A stretch of 53,797 nucleotides of DNA, the filler included, from Sphacelaria rigidula (Eukaryota), in the NCBI GenBank assembly GCA_964200075.2. It is 5 parts of 5 records of this genome, joined end to end, with 100 filler letters (N's around TTAATTAATTAA, not from the genome) between each part and the next. Parts side by side here need not be neighbours in the genome. Positions count along the whole stretch, not along the records: positions 43,120 to 53,797 come from CAXNAA020006094.1; 4 more parts are not named here. One strand, given 5' to 3'. Below are positions 49,926 to 53,797 of this stretch, piece by piece. The position numbers were made by a program, and so were the translations under genes. Numbering within the stretch: position 1 is the first letter of the stretch; the number at the start of each line of letters is the position of its first letter. The notes below the pieces were generated by a model. The model was given only the letters and a program-made list of their open reading frames with translations. It was not told where the DNA came from and did not search any database.

Positions 49926-50431
49926 CTATCGTGGCATCAGCAGAGTTTGCGCGAGTTTGTCCTCAAGATGGCGCACGGGGTGATAGAACGACTCCAAGAT
50001 ACAGTATCGGACAAAAGTTGAATCTTTCAAGGGGGAAGGAGAGCGGGACGAGGGGGGAGCGATAGAGGGTTTTACACCAGCGTTCTTCTCTTGCACGCTC
50101 GTTATGTGGGTTCAGCGAATCCGTGGTGTCACGCAACGGGCCGATATTTGAAAAATGACTACGGGCTTGCACGAACCCGACTCGTTTCCACACAACAGTA
50201 CTCCGTACATTGTCTATGAAAACGAAAGAGTGAGCAGTGTTCTTTTTTTCTGGACAGGATTGGGGCACACCCCTTCACTGTACACATACTTCGAGGTGAA
50301 GCGAGAAACAGGAATTTCCGGCTAGACGCTGCACTTATCAACTCTGATAACACGTATGCATTTCAATCGTCGTATATACTGATGCCAAAGCCCACAGAGC
50401 TCAAAAGTGCACAGTCCCATCTCCACGTGAA

Positions 50432-50528
50432 CCCTTAGACGGCGGTGCGGGTAGTCGATCTAGATCACGCATTCTTTTTTCAAGTGAGTGTTGATGCCAG
50501 TAGGTGACCTACCCTCGCGGTCAAAGGG
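50432..50528. mobile_element. TTAA-type ~100-bp MITE copy
   Basis: tgaa|CCCTTAGACGGCG...TCGCGGTCAAAGGG|ttaa. Confidence 0.75.
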
Positions 50529-52023
50529 TTAAAATCCTTCGCAAGGGCTGAAAACCAAACGGTCGTAAATAGTGGGCTGGTCCTACGAATGAGATGCAAC
50601 CAGCTCCAGCCGAATCCCGACCGAAGCATAAGGGAACCCTCGGGCATGGGGGGTGCAGCGGATGCCTTAGGCAAAGTGTGTTGGCAAACCTTACAACCAC
50701 GCTCGCGACGCTGATTTTGGATAAAAAAACGTTGTGGACGAACTAGGAGCAATTGGGACTGTCAGTTCCTCTCAAAGATCCGAATATCGGTGTTGACACT
50801 AAAACCAAGTTACAACCATTGTTTCCGACCGTTTGGTAATTTCTGGTGTCCTTCACCCCGAAATTCACGCCATTCGTACCGAGGAAAAAGTGAAATGAAG
50901 CGATGGATTCGTGCTACCGCCACACCGACCGTGATATCTCCTGCTTCGCACAACATACGCTTCACGCACTCTCTCCTTCACGGCGACAGAACAGGCACTC
51001 GCATAACGTTTCCAAAAAAACAAGACACAGAAAAACGTGGGCAAAGTGAGAACCTGAATCAACTCCAACACGGCAAAATAAGCCTGGCGTGACGACAGGA
51101 CCTCCCTGATATATCAGTTTTTCTTGACCATCTTTCGACAACGAGGTGTGCTCGTAACGCCAGAACGACCCATTCCACTCGTACGGATGGGGTCCACAAG
51201 TTGAAAATGAACTTCTGGACCCGTACTGTTCATGGATCGTGTGGGAAGTGGAGAGGGGCCACTGACACCATGCACACCCAACCCAACTCGATCGAACCTC
51301 AACCTCAACGGAATGCAGCCCATGTACCCCGTTCACATGTTATTCTTCACAAGAGACAGGAACACTGTACTGCCAAGGAAGGCGTCACTGCGGGCAAAAA
51401 AGGTGAGGCGCCGCTTACGCGGCGATCTCAAACTCAAGTACGAGTTCGCAGAGAACCACATTTTCGGATCCATGCGCGCGGCATTAGTGATTCTGTTGTA
51501 CCGCGATGACCACCCCCCTGCCCCCGCCAAAAAAAGTGGGTTGTTTGAGCAGACAAACTCTACATGTAAATCATAAATACAAGAAGCTGAGCACATCGGA
51601 CAGCTGGGAACTTCCACACTTGGGATCGTGTTTGCCAATGTCACTTATATGAGGCGCTTGGCGCAGTCTGAAACCAGTCATCATGCTCAGTATGACCATT
51701 TTCGTCGTGACAGTTTCGAGGTTGAGACGGGGGGGGGCTATCGCTATGGTCGAGATCTGCCGGTATACGTACTCCTGCTGAAGTGCACGCTCCTGCTGCC
51801 AGACAAAATCAACCTCAATAAATGACATCAGGGAATTAAAAAACCTCATAAGTCTCACGCTACACGCGTAATACAACTAGGTACGAATACCAAAAGTGAA
51901 GACAACAGTCGACCAAATACAGCCATCCGGTCTCTTGTTTTCCGACCGACAACCATGCACGAGGTCCAATCTTGCATAACAAACGCCTACAATGAATCCC
52001 TTCCCCCCTCCTGCACTGCGCAC

Positions 52024-53701
52024 CTTCAACACGTCGCCATAAAGCCCAAACAGCTGACAGATCGCCTCTGGGCTGACCTCATGCGCATCCACGTGCAACA
52101 CCATAAGTATCGGAGACCGGTCCGCCGGGGCCGCTGCTGCCCATGCCCCAACATCTACGACCTCCCGAGTCTCTCCAGCGTCACCCGCTGCATCATCATC
52201 CTCGTCCGTACGGCGAATCTTCACCTCAACGTCACCCTCCGCTTCTTCGGCGATGACTTCCTCCCCTCCTGCAGCAGCAGCAGCGGCACGCAGAGCTTCC
52301 GATTTAAAGCAGCCATCCCTCGTCGCGCTTGCTGCTGATTCCTGTCCTCCCGGACCTCCGTTTCTTTCCGGTAACAAAAGCTTGATGGTCTTACTCGCTA
52401 CTTCACCGTTCCCGGCGGCGAGGGCGGCGGTGCTCTCAGCTTGGCCACTCGCTTCGCCGACCGTTCCCGCCTTCTGCCCCCATCGTCCTGACCGCCCGCT
52501 TCCCTTGCGCCCGGAAGAAGTAGTAGCGTCCTTAGCTCCTTCATGCTCATGCCCACCCCCCGCACTCTCCGCCGCGTGTGATTCAGCGCTGTCTTGGGTG
52601 TCAACAGCCCCAACACGGTTTGCCTCATCTTTTTTCACCCCGGCCGCCGCACCTGCGCCGGCCCCTACAGTTACAGCCTTCGCCTTCCCTTTTTTTCCCC
52701 TTCCCGGTTTGCCGCGGCAACCCTTCCCGGTGCCGTTTCCACCGTCTACCTCGTTGTCATCACCCTGCCCCCCCTCCCCACCCACCGCCGCCAGGCTACG
52801 CTTCTTGTTGTCACCCCCGTTTTGCTCATCAGCGCCCCGACCCAGTGGCGTGTCATCCTCACCCGACGCTGCGATGGTGGCCGCGACGCCAGCTTCCGCA
52901 TCTCCCTGCTCCACGGATGAGGATGACGCAGCCTGCTGACCATCAATCTTCTTTTCTGTCTCAACTATTTTCTCGTTCCCGCCCTTGTCTTCAATTTTAC
53001 CTTTCTCCCCGCCCGCCGCATCTTCCTCCGTGTCATCGCTAACCCTCACCCTAGCGGTCGCCGCCGCTAGCTGATCCGCCGCATCCGCGCCAAGCATCTC
53101 GGCGGCCTCACGCTTATTTACTCTCTTGCTCTCTCCACTCTCCCCATCTATCCCTGCCGCCGCATCGCTAACGCCTTCCCCTCCGCCACCACCGCTGGGG
53201 ACAAGGTTGTCACTCCCTCGCACCTTCGCCGTGGCAGCGGCTAGTTGATCGGCGGCCGCGTCGGGGCCTAGCATCTCGGCAGCTTCCCGCTTGTTCGCCC
53301 GTTTCTGACCACTACCGCTCGCCGCATCTCCTTCTTTTCCCCCATTACTGCTGTCGCCAGCGCCGTTTTCTCTCTGCTCTACTAGTGCTACTTTGCTCAA
53401 ACTATTGGTACTCCCATCCTTCGCATCTTTCTCTCTGACAAATTGAATCACCGCGCCATCGTTCGTTGAGCTCTTACGGCGCCTACCTCCACCACCGCCG
53501 TTCGCATCCTGTTGCACCTTTAGCACCAAATCCTGGCTGCCGCTCAGCGCCGGTTTCATAGCTGCTTCTGCCGCTGCTGCTGCCGCCGCCACGGATGTCA
53601 GAGCCTGGATATGTTTCGGAGTGAGGAGGGGCATGCGGAGCCTCTGCTTGATTGCTCCGCCGGCAGCACCGCCGCTCGACTTTTTGTCTTGCAGGCGGTA
53701 C
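52024..53701 (-). CDS. PTB/hnRNP-L-like RRM protein, 1.68-kb exon (long G/A/E/K-rich linker and RRM start)
   Basis: acccag|G...AAG|gtgcgc; open for 559 codons, ending SPILMVLHVDAHEVSPEAICQLFGLYGDVLK (compare PTB RRM3 ..VTP..LF.LFGVYGDV). Confidence 0.9.
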
Positions 53702-53797
53702 CTGGGTTGGCATCGGTGAACCAGGTGAGGCAACACGACGGGGCGGAGGGGGAGGGGTGCAGGGGATGCAGGGGGGGGGGGGAGGGGGGGGGGGGGG

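Noticed and set aside
52253-53042. Plus-strand ORFs of 228 and 154 aa
   Set aside because: GC-rich antisense shadows of the large RRM-gene exon.

Overview
Eukaryotic, intron-rich and repeat-rich genomic DNA, most likely from a brown alga or related stramenopile (inferred from gene structure and repeat style; not verifiable here). It consists of five contigs joined by artificial 100-bp N/TTAATTAATTAA linkers. By hand-splicing phase-consistent GT-AG exons I can assemble parts of four protein-coding genes: the C-terminal head of a divergent SMC-family ATPase (+), a PPR-like protein with an acidic tail (+), a WS/DGAT-type HHxxxDG acyltransferase (-) and a PTB/hnRNP-L-like RRM protein (-). The rest is largely transposon-derived: two decayed Ty3/gypsy elements (one with a chromodomain plus a Tudor/PWWP-like domain after integrase), a decayed APE-type LINE, and several MITE/foldback families. 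The most unusual signal is a short retroposon-like family of about 10 copies. It has one fixed end, sits in G/C tracts with target-site duplications and clusters at intron ends. In the eight exon-proximal copies the fixed end points at the nearest exon, and in one intron two copies form a 42-bp inverted pair that could bridge the splice sites.
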